Positions 50,005 to 63,556 of a stretch of DNA of 64,000 nt are shown piece after piece. This stretch comes from Octopus sinensis (lineage: Eukaryota). The position numbers and the translations under genes are program-made. The notes under the pieces were generated by a model. It made no database searches and had not been told where the DNA came from. It saw nothing but the letters and a program-made list of their open reading frames with translations. The stretch is from assembly GCF_006345805.1 (NCBI RefSeq), contig NC_043001.1, positions 25,358,001 to 25,422,000 on the forward strand, in the 5' to 3' direction. Position 1 is the first letter of the stretch. Each line of letters opens with the position of its first letter.

Positions 50005-51522
50005 TCATCATCATCATCATCGTGGTTTAATGTCTGCTTTCCATGCTAGCATGGGTTGGACGATTTGACTGAGGACTGGTGAGCCAGATGACTCCACCAG
50101 ACTCCAATCTGATCTGGCAGAGTTCAACCACTCCGAGAGTGTAATGGGTGCTTTTACGTGCCACCGGCATGAGGGCCAGTTGGGTGAAACTGGCAACGGC
50201 CACGCTCAAATGGTGTTTTTTACGTGCCACTGGCACGGAAGCCAGTTTGCTGCTCTGGCAGCGATCATGCTCAGATGATGCTCTTAGTGCTCCACTAGCA
50301 TGGATGCCAGTCATCGAATCCAATTCCTTGAATAATTACCAAATATTGGTTTCAAATTTTGGCACAAGGCCAGCAATTTTGGGGCGGGGGTGAGCCAATT
50401 AGATCAACCCCAGTATTCAACTGGTACTTATTTTATCCACCTCAAAAGATGAAAGGCAAAGTTTGTCTCGGCAACATTCAAACTCCAAGCATAAAAAGAA
50501 ATGAAACGCCACTAAGCATTTTGCCAAGTACACAAACAATTCTGCCAGCTCATTGCCTTATAATTAGCAAATATTCTTTTCTCTAGGCATGAGGCCTGAA
50601 TTTTGAGGGGAGCGGGCGGGAAGTCAATAAGATCAACCCCAGTATGCAGCTCGTACTTAATTTATCGACCCTGAAAGAATGAATGGCAAAGTCGACCTCT
50701 TCTTTCAGTTCCCATCTACCAAATCCATCCAGAAGGTTTTGTTGAGCCTGGGGCTATAGTAGAAGATACTTACTCAAGATACCACATAATCGGATTGAAC
50801 CCATGACCATATGTTTAGAAAGCATGCTTCTTAAGTACACATGACTTAAATGCTTACAACAAAAAGGGCCCCAGGAAAGAGATTTATACGTCAAATGATA
50901 TTGAACAAGACAACAAATTAAGACTAGCACACACAACTTCCAAAAGTTGGACTGTAGCTGAAACCTTTTGTCTTCATCATCATCATCGTTTAACGTCCGC
51001 TTTCCATGCTAGCATGGGTTGGACGAATGACTGAGGGCTGGCGAACCAGATGGCTGCACCAGGCTTCAATCTTGATCTGGCAGAGTTTCTACAGCTGGAT
51101 GCCCTTCCTAACACCAACCACTCCAAGAGTGCAGTGGGTGCTTTTATGGGCCACCGACATGGGGCCAGTCAGGCAGTACTGGCCATGACCTCGCTCAAAT
51201 CTTTTACACATGCCACCGGCACAGGTGCCAGTAAGGCAATGCTGGTAACAATCACGCTCGAATAGTGTCTTTTACATGCCACTGGCATGGAGGCTAGATA
51301 GCCTCTCTGGCAACGATCACGCTTGGATGGTGCTCTTAATACCCTACTAGCATGGGGCTCGAGTGGCAGTAAGGCAACGCTGGTAACAATTACGCTCAAA
51401 TAGTGCCTTTTAAGTGCCACTGGCGCGAAAGCTTGTTAGTCGCTCTGTCAATGATCACACTCGTATGGTGCTCTTTGCACCCCGCTAGCACAAATGCCAG
51501 TCATCAATTTTGATTTTGATTT
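50005..51522 (-). mobile_element. SINE cluster: family C (50005-50325; full length 50975-51522), B variants (~50355-50700) and an A head (~50695-50845)
   Basis: Homology to families seen elsewhere in the window. Confidence 0.75.
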
Positions 51523-52220
51523 CATATTTGAATCTAATTCCTTTGATGAATATTTTAGGTTACAGCATATCTACTTTGCAGTGTGGAAGATACAGTAACA
51601 ATTACATCACTTTAACATTTTATTGTTTGTAGTATGGTATCAAAAGTTTCATCACTTGAAACTGCATCACTGACAAATGTTCTGCATCTAAAAATTTTCA
51701 ATTATATCACAATATATATATATATATAGCTTGGCATGTTTTTTTTTGGTGTGATAGAAAAGATAAAACAGTGAAAAGTTGCTTGTTTTGCATATTTTTG
51801 GTGGTTGAATTCTAAGAAAAACAATTGTAGCTCACTCCAGTGTGGTTTGAAGGAGATTTGATTGTTATTGTGAAACTAATTTTAGATAGATTGTCTTACT
51901 AGATTCAATGTTGCTGAATGTTTTGTCTTACTGGACTCAAATACATGCAAGACGATCAACTTTCTTGTAAGAGGTTAGATAAACTTATTCTAAACTTCTT
52001 TTGTACTAAACAAAAAAAAATGTCATTCAAATGAGGTACATACATGACAAGAAATTTGAAACCGAACCATGTAGTTTGGGGTTCAGTTCCACTGCATGGC
52101 ACCTTGGACAAGTATCTTCTATAGTCACAGGCTTACCAAAAACATGTGAGTGATTTTGTTGATAGAAACTGTGAGGAAGATAGTTGTGTACATATATACA
52201 TACACACACACACATACACA

Positions 52221-52770
52221 CATCATCATCATCATCATCATCATCATCGTTTAACGTCCGCTTTCCATGCTAGCACGGGTTGGACGGTTTGACTGGGCTG
52301 GCGAACCAGATGGCTGCACCAGGCTCCAATCTTGATCTGGCAGAGTTTCTACAGCTGGATGCCCTTCCTAACACCAACCACTCCGAGAGTGTAGTGGGTG
52401 CTTTTACATGCCACCGGCACGGGAGCCAGTCAGGCGGTACTGGCAACGACCTCACTCGAATTTTTTACACATGCCACCGGCACAGGTGCCAGTAAGGCGA
52501 TGCTGGTAACGATCCCGCTCGAATGGTGCCTCCTACATGCCACCAGCAACGGAAGTCAGTTAGCCACTCTGGCAATGATCACGCTCAGATGGTGCTCTTA
52601 GCACCCTACTAGCACAGGGCACAAGTGGCAGTAAAGCGAAGCTGGTAATGATCACACTCGAATGGTGCCTTATATGTGCCACTGGCACGGAAGCCAGTTA
52701 GCTGTTCTGTCAATGATCACGCTTGTATGGTGCTCGTGCCCGTCATCGAATTTCACTTTGATTTTGATTT
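52221..52770 (-). mobile_element. Family C element, full length
   Basis: Colinear reverse complement of 34808-35349. Confidence 0.88.
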
Positions 52771-53269
52771 GTATGTATATATGCAAGATTGCATGTGTGT
52801 TAATATTTCCCTGTTATGGTATCATGTAAAAGCTGTGTAGTGGATCTCACTGTCAAACAAGTGGTATTATCCATTTCCAGTCCTCCAAAGAAACACATCC
52901 AATCATGAGGAAATATTACCTTACTGGGAAAATGGTCAGAGTTAGTAACAGTAAAGGCATCTAACCATAGAAAATGTGCCTCAATAAATTCCATCTGCCT
53001 CATGCAAGCATGGAGAAGTGAATGCTAAAAACGATGATAATGACAACTCCCAGAAGTTAGTCTTTATTAAAAATATAATATTATCATAATTTAAATAGCT
53101 GTCAATTTGCCCTAAACATTGAGTTAGTAGAATTGTTAAGGGTATCAGACAAAATGCCTTGTAATATTTAATAATAAGGAAATTATTGTGTATAGTGCTC
53201 AGGTGCCCAACAACTTATCAAAGGTGCATGTACGTACATAGAATTATGTACAAAAGTCAGGAAAGTAAA

Positions 53270-53440
53270 CAGTGTATGAGACAGAAACATGAACAGTGTG
53301 CATGCATATGGAGGTGGGAATATCAGGTGTAGTGTTGGCGAATTTCAGGAAGCATGGAGGTTTTTGAAGGATGCAATGTCTCGGCAACTAACAACTGATG
53401 CAGGTAGTTTGGTTCATGCTTCAGCAACACTGAGTGTGAA
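53270..53440 (-). pseudogene. 3' tip of a CR1/L2-group LINE
   Basis: Minus strand reads VAEA*TKLPASVVSCRDIASFK..., resembling the C-terminal 'AWNSLP..VV' motif of CR1-group ORF2. Confidence 0.5.
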
Positions 53441-53505
53441 AAAATGTTTCCATTCTGACTCAATGCATTCTGAGTTCAAACTCCGCTAAGGTCAACTTTA
53501 TCTTA

Positions 53506-54984
53506 GGTGTAGGAGTGGTTGTGTGGTAAGTAGCTTGCTTACCAACCACATAGTTCTGGGTTCAGTCCCACTGCATTTCACCTTGGGCAAGTGTCTTCTA
53601 CTATAGCCTCGGGCCAACCAAAGCCTTGTGAGTGGATTTGGTAGACAGAAACTGAAAAAAGCCTGTCGTATATATATATGTGTATGTGTGAGTATATATA
53701 TGTTTGTGCTTGTCCCCCCAACATCGCTTGACAACTGATGCTGGTGTGTTTACGTCCCCATAACTTAGTGGTTCAAAAGCGACCGATAGAATAAGTACTA
53801 GGCTTCCAAAGAATAAGTCCTGGGGTCGATTTGCTCGACTAAAGGTGGTGCCGCAGTCAAATGACTGAAACAAGTAAAAGAGTACCAAACAACTGCTGGG
53901 TTAATGTAATTATCTGACACCATCCCTTCAAAATTGCTGGCCTTGTACTTAAATAATATAGAAACAGTTACTCAGCCCTAAGTCAATCTTAGGGTAAAAC
54001 TATAATCAAAGACATTCCAGCTGTGACCATCCTTACTTTTTATATACCAAGAACTACATTGTCTAATGTGTCCTTCAGTTTTTAGACTGTACATTATGAT
54101 TTGAAGGAGGTTTGGTTATTATTTCTTGAATAGATATCCGTGACCATGTTCATAAGTTAAATAGATTATTTAGAATATAAACTGTCTCAATTAGTAATTA
54201 ATAATGTCATAATTAACTCAGTATAATTAGTTCTGGTTATGTTATTTTGCCTTTTTTATCATCTTCTATTTAAATTATTTTCACTTTTATATATTCTGTA
54301 TTTTTGTTTTTCCAGCAAGTTCAGAATTGCTGAACCACATTTTATCCTTTTTAATAATAGATTATATAAATGAAATTAATCTAAAATGCTATCAGATAAT
54401 TTGCTGCACTTGCACATGGTTATTTTCTAGATTGGCTATGGTGGCTTCAGTCCGTAGATATATTGATTTAGAGCAATATGAATAAGTTTAATGATTGAAA
54501 ATACAACCCATAATCTGAGTTCTTTTATATTTTTAACACCTTTCCAAAAGATATTTCAAATATAGATGAAATCAGGCATTGTAATTAGGTTTAGGCACAG
54601 GAGTGGCTGTGTGGTAAGTAGCTTGCTTACCAACCACATGGTTCTGGGTTCAGTCCCACTGCGTGGCACTTTGGGCAAGTGACCCTCAGGCTGACCAAAG
54701 CTTTGTGAGTGGATTTGGTAGACGGAAACTAAAAAAAGCGTGTCATATATATATATATATGTATATATGTGTGTGTCTGTGTTTGTCCCCCCAACATCGC
54801 TTGACAACCGATGCTGGTGTAGTTACATCCCCGTAACTTAGCAGTTCAGCAAATGAGACCGATAGAATAAGTACTGGGCTTACAAAGAATAAGTCCTGGG
54901 GTTGATTTGCTCGGCTAAAAGGCGGTGCTCCAGCATAGCCACAGTCAATTGACTGAAACAAGTAAAAGAGTTAAAGATAAAAGA
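53506..54984 (+). mobile_element. Two family-A SINEs (53506-53883, 54593-54984)
   Basis: Full-length homology. Confidence 0.85.
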
Positions 54985-55732
54985 GGTTCAAAATTTAGGT
55001 TATTCGGAAAATAATTACATTAAAGTTAGTCAAGTGTTTACATGTTTGCAAAACAAAGAAGAATATAATAATCATTGCAAGCGACAATCTTTTTCCTTTT
55101 TCCTTTTTCCTCATTAACACAGCTAGTATTTGGAAGGTGACAAAATATTAACCAAAGCAGTAATTGTTTTTGTTTTTTTCTTTTCCTTCTATTTCAGAAC
55201 TCAGTCTCTGAAAATATATGAAATAAGCAACTTTCAGATATTTTATCTTTGCTATTATGCCAAAGTAGATAAGCTGTATGCTAAAATATTCCCCAAAGGA
55301 ATTAGATACAAATATGAAAAGAGAAAGGCTTTCAGCTAGGAATCAAACCCAAACATTTTAAACAGAGAGTCTGGTGGGATCAAGGCCTCAAAGTAGAGAT
55401 TGTGTGTTTGTGTGGTGTTGATACTTTACACAAGGGCATTAAACAAGTCACTCCAAATTAATCAAAGCCAGCAATTAAAACAGTTATGTAACTGATGCAG
55501 TGGAAGCATACCACATATAGCCACTATATCAACAGCTGATCCATGTGCCTGTCCATGTTTGTTTATTAGACAAAAATACAGCAGTAATAAAAGCAGTGTT
55601 CATTTGCATAGTGCTCTAGTACTTTGTTCATGTCGCTCATAAAATACTTTACGAAAATAATTAATAAATATGTTGCATGTAAGCAAATGAATTCATATTT
55701 AATGGGTGGGGTAACTCAAATTTTTAAGTGTA

Positions 55733-56254
55733 CCATAAATCCTCGAGTATACTCCGCATTTTTTCCCCAAAATTTAAAGGTCAAAATCCCTAATGCATAC
55801 TATATACGAGGTTTAAAATGAAAAATATTTTCTAAGCAATGTCCGAGTCTCTATTTGCTGTCCGGCAATGTTTATTCAGATGCATTTTGTGATGTCAGGT
55901 GCGAAAATATCTTAAGCTAAGCCTGAAAGCAATGAAGTCGTAAACAAATCATCCATAACTTGCAGTAAGCAACATTTATTAAAATAAAAGTATTCAGAAC
56001 ACAGAATAACATGTAACAAAAACAATTTGCAAACATATTTACATTCCCATATAACAGTTAAGAACATCACCATTATTGTATTACGCATGCACAGAAGTGT
56101 TTGTTCGACTAGGTGCTGCTGGCTTAATTACATACGACTCAAGTTAGAGAAGGAGTGTGTATTATTGACAAGGTTTAGGTTTTTCAGAGGTACAGCCCCC
56201 TAAAAATCCCCTGCATATTATACTCAAGGGTGGACTATACTTGAGGATTTATGG
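55733..56254. mobile_element. Tc2-like MITE, copy 2
   Basis: TA TSDs; TIR CCATAAATCCTCGAGTATA / TATACTTGAGGATTTATGG. Arms homologous to 789-1282. Confidence 0.85.
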
Positions 56255-57339
56255 TATATTTAGGATAATAATTATTTCTTGGCATAAGGCTTTGAATTTT
56301 GGGGAAGTTCCTGGCATATTTATTTTATTGACCTATACCCTCCAACGATCCACCCAGAAGATGAAAAGCAAAGTTGATTTGGGTAAGATTTGAAATCAGA
56401 ACATTAAGAGGTGTAACTAAGTATCAGGAGGCATATTGCTTGCTGCTCTACCAATTCTCCCAATTTATTTAAAATAACATTGCTAATATCTGAACATCTA
56501 AATAGATCTTGGGCAAGTGTCTTCTACTATAGCCCTCGGCTGGTCAAAGCTTTGTGAGTGTATTTGGTCGATGGAAACTGAAAGAAGCCCATCATGCATG
56601 CACATATGTACGTGTGTGTGTGTGTCTTTGTCTTCACATTGTGTGGTGGTTGTACTTGAGCATCATTGTCATACAAGCAGCATCATTTGTTTCCAGTCTT
56701 CCGCATGACCAAGGGAAAAAATTACCTTATTTGGAAATGGGTGAAGATTGGCAACAGGAAAAGTATCTGACTTCGGAAAGTCTGCCTCAACAAATTGTAT
56801 TTGACTTATGCAATCATGGTAAAGTGGATGCTAAAGGAGCTCCAAGAACAATAACTTCATTGAGATGAAAATAAAAGCATGTAGCATTTACACTTTTCTC
56901 ATTAATATGATTAATGTAAGTGAAGAAACTTCAACTATGAATTGAAAACAGTGTTCGAAATTTTTAAAACAAAAGGCTAAAGATCCTTTCCAAGTGGTAT
57001 AGACTAATAGGACTGGTTTCTTGGTTTCCATGGTGCATATATTTCAGGATGGTAGTCTGTTATAGGATTACTCATTTTTGCCAGCTGAGTAGAATGGAGC
57101 AATGTGAAATGAAGTATTTTGCTCAAGAACACAACACATCACCTGGTCCAGGATTCAAAACCACAATCTTACAATCATGATTCCAACACCCTAACCACCA
57201 AGCCATGCACCTCCATGTTCCAGATTTAAGCAACTTTATATTGTGAATTAAATCTCAAACTAAGAAAATAATAAGCATATTCTAACCCAAAGAAAATTTA
57301 TTCAATTTTTAAACTGCTATAATATGTTTTTTTTTTACT

Positions 57340-57731
57340 GGCATCCATGCTAGGGGAGCGCTAAGAGTACCATACGAGTGAAATCGTTGCCAGAGCAACA
57401 AGCTGGCCTCCGTGCTGATGGCACGTTAAAAACACCATTCGAGCATTATCGTTACCTGCGTCGCCTTATTGGCACTTGTGCTGGTGGCACATGAAGAAAA
57501 CATTCGAGCGAGGTCATTGCCAGTGCCACTGGACAGGCCCTCATGCCGGTTGCATGTAAAAGCACCATCTACACTCTCAGAGTGGTTGGCGTTAAGAAGG
57601 GCATCCAGCTGTAGAAACTCTTCTAGATCAGATTGGAGCCTGGTGCAGCCATCTGGTTCGCCAGACCTCAGTCAAATCGTCCAACCCATGCTAGCATGGA
57701 AAGCAGACGTTAAAGGATGATGATGATGATG
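57340..57731 (+). mobile_element. Family C element, truncated
   Basis: Modules plus RTE-like tail and (GAT)n. Confidence 0.85.
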
Positions 57732-58177
57732 ACCCCAAATTCATAAGAAAGTAGATAAACTAAGTGACGTGACTCCAGTAATATAACCAAAAGATAATTA
57801 ACCAACCCAAAGGAGGAGTCTACACTGTTGTTTAACTAAGCATAAAGTAATAAGCAAAGCTAAATAGTGTAAAGACATTTAGACCAGTGTTCAAAATGTT
57901 TCTGCTAGCATACCAACAGAGAAGCCAGGAGAACATAAAAAGAGTTCAGTTTACAGTTTCAGCTGCAGCAGTAAAAAGAAATTCAATTAACATTCCTGAA
58001 GTGTTTTAAGGAGCAACAAATATTCAGTTTCTTTGTTACATTCTCCAACTCTTGAATATAATGAGTTATTCATCAGATTCCATGAAAGAAATTTTCGAAA
58101 ATATTCCTTCAAGCCACAGTTTGCTGAAAATGTTTGCCAATCATTGCACAACTCTACGTCAGCATTTACGTACAAAT

Positions 58178-58223
<46 letters not shown>

Positions 58224-58423
58224 CAATTGCATAAAGGGAAATAATTCAAGTAGGCCGGTGACAGAAATATAGATCATAATTCAAATAGGTACTGTAATGA
58301 AAAATGTTAGCAGATAATTCTTGATGAATTAAATTTTGCTTCTTAATTGGAGAAAAACCAAATCATAATAGCGAAGGGAGATAATAATTGTTTAAAAAAA
58401 TTGTAATTAATTTACAAAATTTA

Positions 58424-58714
58424 TTCTGTTGTGTCTGGGGAGAGTCATTTTCTTTTTGTGCCTTATAATTTAACACACTCACCAGTAAAATTTCCACTTA
58501 TTTCTTATTTTTATTTTCCTAAAATTTTCGTTGCATCTTGCAACCTTTTCAATAGTCTAGAATATTCAAAAGGCTGCAAGACTATTGAAAAGGTTTACAA
58601 GACGTAACAAAAATTTTAGGAATATGAAAATAAGAAATAAGTGGAAATTTTACCGGTGAGTGTGTTACATTATAAAGCACAAAAAGAAAATTACTCTCCC
58701 CAGACACAACAGAA
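58424..58714. mobile_element. Foldback MITE with ~135-bp arms
   Basis: TA flanks; TTCTGTTGTGTCTGGGGAGAGT... / ...ACTCTCCCCAGACACAACAGAA; short central spacer. Confidence 0.85.
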
Positions 58715-59557
58715 TATGCTTCAACACACGAACTCTCATAAAGAATCTTGCAAACCAAATCCGAAAACGAATTACAAAATTTAGCTTTCATGTAAATCAA
58801 TAAGTAGCCATAGGTTAACTCTCAATATAGATTTTTCACATGTGGAAAAGATGTTACAAGCAGTTTTGATGAATAGTAATTTGCTTAATTAAAAAAAAAG
58901 CAAAACTACAAACTAAGAGCTAAAAACATAATTGAAACTAATTTATGTAGGTGTTGGTACAGTCTGATGAATAATAAAAATTTTCTTAATCAAAATTAGT
59001 AATTAAGGTGGAAAAGAAGTACTCAGAATTAAAAATTAGATTTTTTTTTTTTTTTTTTTTTTTGCTTACATCAGTCAATACATCACTTACAAGCTCTCCG
59101 AACTATATAAGTCCATGCCATTGCCATGACTGTATTTTCTTTACCTCACCTCACAATTTGTATTTATGCAAGTTAGTACTGTCCCAAATTGTTCCTCTTT
59201 TCTTTGTTTCTACAAGCAAAAATCTATTTTCACAGAACAAAGAAAGCTAGACAAGACTGTTGCTAATGAGGTCAAATAAGGCCAAGACACGTCCAGCGCT
59301 GCTATCTTGCCTGGTAAAGATCTTGATTTTTTTTCTCCAAAACATGGCTATTTAATTTTCAGCAAAATCAGTTCATAATTTCTTCAAATTCTCTCCTTTT
59401 CTCCAAGAGTCCCTAACAACTGTCACTAGCTCTTTATTGCTTTTTTTTTCTCCCATTTCAGAGGGAAATAAACTCTCTGAGATTTTTTGCATATGACATC
59501 CAGTTCATTGCCTCCTATCTGATTGCTATGTATATGTGTATATCTAAATAGAAAAAG

Positions 59558-59617
<60 letters not shown>

Positions 59618-59645
59618 TTGTGTGTGCGTGTGTTTATGTGTGTGA

Positions 59646-60506
59646 TCATTATCATCATCATCATTCAACATCTGTTGTCCATGCTAGCATGGGTTGGATG
59701 GTTTGACCAGGGCTGGCAAGCTGCACCAGATTCCAGTCTGTTTTGGCATGGTTTTTATGGCTGGATGCCTTTCCTAACGCCAACCACTCCAACAGTGTAA
59801 TGGGTGCTTTTACATGCCACCAGCACAGGTGGCTTTTGCATGACACTAGTATCTGCCATGACTGCAGTTTTACTTGGTTTGATGGGTCTTCTTCTCAAGC
59901 ACAGCATAATGCCAAACAGACTCAGTCATAGCCTCTGTGAGGCCCAACACTCAAAGTCTGGCATAATGCTAAATGGTCTCAGCCCTCTGTGAGGCTCAAC
60001 ACTTGAAAGGTACTTTTACATGCAACTGGCACAAGTGCCATTTGCATGACACCGGTATCTGCCACAACTGTGATTTTACTTTGCTGGATGGGTCTTCTTC
60101 TCAAGCACAACATAATGCCAAAGATCTCAGTCATTGTCTCCATGAAGCCCAACACTCAAAAGGAGCTCAACCACTTTGCCTCCATGAGGCTCAACACTTG
60201 AAAGGTGCTCTTTACATGCCACCTGCACAGGTGCCAGTTACGTGACACCAGCTTCAGCCACAACTGCAATTTCACTTGGCTTGATGAGTCTTTTGAAGGA
60301 CAGCTTATTGCCAAAAGTCTCGGTCACTAGTGATTGCCTCTGTGAGGTCCAAAGTTCAGAGATCATGCCTCATCACCTCATCCCATGTTTTTTTGGTTCT
60401 ACCTCTACCACAGGTTCCCTCCAAAGTTTAAGATCAGCACTTCTTTACACAGCTGTCCTTGTCCATATGCATCATATTATTCTGGTTACCTTAGTATTCC
60501 TCTCCC
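59646..60506 (-). mobile_element. RTE-clade LINE 3' end with tandemly repeated terminus
   Basis: Minus strand MDKDSCVKKC...EGTCGRGRTKKTWDEVMRHDL...LTEAITSDRDFWQ*AVLQKT (typical RTE ORF C-terminus), then 3' UTR and a (GAT)n tail of the same type as family C. Confidence 0.85.
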
Positions 60507-61560
60507 TTGAAATGGTTGGAGTTTGCTGCCTTGTCTTGAAATGGATCTGCAGGCTCTTAAGAAATGGGACAAAAAGTGACTAGTAACTTTCAACCCTGAC
60601 AAGACAAAACTCATGTCTTTCCGTAGGAAGTGGGATTCCCATCTTCCTCCCACTTACATGAATTATAGATATGAGGTATCACGTGGTGAGACAGTCAAAC
60701 CACTTGAGGAAAGGTCTTCTTTGAAATAGCTTGGTCTTGTTTTCCCTCCTGATCTTTCTTGGGGCTCTTGCATACAATCAATTGGTAGGACTACTTCCTG
60801 TAAGTTGGGGTCATTATACAAGGGGATGCTGAAAAGTTCCTCACATTAAGGGTATTGCGATAGACCCGGTTGGAGGCCCAATCTTCCGAGTTCTTTTACA
60901 GGGCTTAGAAAAACTGAAGGACTGTGGCAATAAGTGTCTGAATCTGAGAAGAGAATATGTTGAATAAAATCATAATTAACTGATCCCCTTGTATTTTCTT
61001 TTACCCAAACCCAGGAACTTTTCAGCACCTGCTCATATAGGTCAAAGGACTACCTCACATCTGAGGCCATTTTGTGTCTTTACAAGTTTCCAATTTATCC
61101 CATGTATGGAATCCTTTTGTCATATTTGAGCAGGTGTACCATCTGGTCACTTGGATCTCCTTGACCAGGTTCAGAACTGAGTCTCTAATTTGATTGGTCC
61201 TTCTCTTGCTTTGACTCTACAACCTTTGCCTCATTGACATAATGTCACCAGCCTTAGCCTTTTCTATCATAATTACCACAGAAGGTGCTCTGATGGGCTT
61301 TCTCTCTTAGTTCCAGATCATTTTGTGCCATCTCATCTTTCTCAAAAACTCACCACATCTTCATCCAAATGCTGTTGTGCTTCCACAAACAAGGAAGTCT
61401 TTCTATGGTCATAGCTTCTCTTCCTTAAACTGCTAGATTTTGGAACTCTCTTCCATCTCATTGTTCTCCTCTTCCTTATGATCTAAACTCTTTCAAGTCT
61501 AAAGCAAATTCATTCCTTTCATCTCAATTTCTTCTTCTTCATAATCTCTTACACTAAATG
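60507..61560 (+). pseudogene. Decayed CR1-group LINE, RT C-terminal region
   Basis: Reads DLQALKKW...LVTFNPDKTKL...LGL...DLSW...LGSLYRSK...LYK...CHI*AG...LDQVQ...SLSLFY...ARFWNSLP. Confidence 0.82.
60819..61035. mobile_element. mariner-type MITE inserted in the LINE
   Basis: TA TSDs (60817-60818, 61036-61037); TIR CAAGGGGATGCTGAAAAGTTCC / GGAACTTTTCAGCACCTGCTCA. Excision restores the reading GSLYRSK. Confidence 0.88.
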
Positions 61561-61699
61561 GCTTCTCACAACTGAAAGAGCTTCTAATAGTTTCATGCTA
61601 TTATGATACTTGAACAGGCATATTTATAAAATACATCATGTATCTTAAAGCAATCTTTCAGGCTCTGTTTATGCATTATATATATTTTTTAAGCACCAT

Positions 61700-61920
61700 C
61701 TGCTCGTGGCCGTTGCCAGCCTCGTCTGGCACCTGTGCCGGTGGCACGTAAAAAGCACCCACTACACTCACGGAGTGGTTGGCATTAGGAAGGGCATCCA
61801 GCCGTAGAAACTTTGCCGGATCAGACTGGGCCTGGTGCAGCCTTCTGGCTTCCAAGACCCCAGTTGAACCGTCCAACCCATGCCAGCATGGAAAGCAGAC
61901 GCTAAATGATGATGATGATG
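61700..61920 (+). mobile_element. Family C element, 3' part
   Basis: RTE-like tail and (GAT)n. Confidence 0.85.
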
Positions 61921-62411
61921 GACAGTAAGAAAATAAGGAAAAATGTGGGAAAAATGTGAAGGAGATTGGTGCAAAAAATGGAATGAGAAAAAAGAAATAA
62001 AAATCAAGGACTAAGATATTTGTCCTCCCTGATTGCAGAAAGCTCATTAAATACAACTGGTTTAGAACAAAATAGCAGCAAATATGTCAAAGTCTGAAAG
62101 ACAATAACTCAATCTGATCCAGGTGGTGCCCTCCAATTCGATGAAAGAAACTTGTCCATGTGTCTACACCTATTAAAATTTCAAATCTTGAATTAAGCAG
62201 TGTGTTGAAATTGCTGGATTAAACAAGAATATGAAATCTTTCTGCTATGCATAAGTTGCATTTCTTAGAACCATTCTCCACTCAATTGTATGTGGTGTGG
62301 AGCTGATCTTCAGCTTCCATGTGTGGTTAACCAACTTAGTTGCATGACTTTTATTAATGAGCTGGAAAGATAGGTGGTGTGCATAACATCTCTTGAATTC
62401 ACCCTCAAAAA

Positions 62412-62443
<32 letters not shown>

Positions 62444-62449
<6 letters not shown>

Positions 62450-63504
62450 TTTGTGAGGGTGAATATATATATATATGTGTGTGCATGTGTGTGTGTGTGT
62501 GTGTATAGACATATATATCTATGTGTGTATATGTATTAATGTGTGTTTGTGTTTACATATATATTCTCTTTCTCTTTCTCTTTTACTTGTTTCAGTCATT
62601 TGACTGTGGCCATGCTGGAGCACCACCTTTAGTTGAGAAAATCGACCCCAAAACTTATTCTTTAGAAGCTTAGTACTTATTCTATCAGTCTCTTTTGTCG
62701 AACTGCTAAGTTATGGGGACGTAAACACACCAGCATCAGTTGTCAAGCAATGTTGGGGGGACAAACACAGACACACATACATATATATACATATATACGA
62801 TGGGCTTCTTTCAGTTTCCGTCTACCAAATCCACTCACAAGGCTTTGGTTGGCCCAAGGCTATAGTAGAAGACACTTGCCCAAGGTGCGACACAGTGGGA
62901 CTGAACCCAGAACCATGTGGTTGGTATGCAAGCTACTTACCACACAACCACTCCTGCACCTATATATATATATATATAATATATATATATATATGAGATT
63001 TGTGAGGGTGAATATATATAATATGTGTGTGCATGTGTGTGTGTGTGTGTGTATAGACATATATATCTATGTGTGTATATGTATTAATGTGTTTTGTGTT
63101 TACATATATATTCTCTTTCTCTTTCTCTTTTACTTGTTTCAGTCATTTGACTGTGGCCATGCTGGAGCACCACCTTTAGTTGAGAAAATCGACCCCAAAA
63201 CTTATTCTTTAGAAGCTTAGTACTTATTCTATCAGTCTCTTTTGTCGAACTGCTAAGTTATGGGGACGTAAACACACCAGCATCAGTTGTCAAGCATGTT
63301 GGGGGGACAAACACAGACACACATACATATATATACATATATACGATGGGCTTCTTTCAGTTTCCGTCTACCAAATCCACTCACAAGGCTTTGGTTGGCC
63401 CAAGGCTATAGTAGAAGACACTTGCCCAAGGTGCGACACAGTGGGACTGAACCCAGAACCATGTGGTTGGTATGCAAGCTACTTACCACACAACCACTCC
63501 TGCA

Positions 63505-63506
<2 letters not shown>
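62444..63506. repeat. ~549-bp direct tandem duplication containing a family-A SINE (minus) in each unit
   Basis: Units 62444-62960 and 62993-63506 are nearly identical and separated by (TA)n. Confidence 0.9.

Positions 63507-63556
<50 letters not shown>

Noticed and set aside
55196-55339. Strong + strand acceptor followed by a 46-codon open frame
   Set aside because: No recognisable protein and no partner exons found.
59235-59530. Two exon-like + strand segments with acceptors and donors
   Set aside because: The first has stops in all frames; the second peptide is unrecognised. At most a non-coding transcript.
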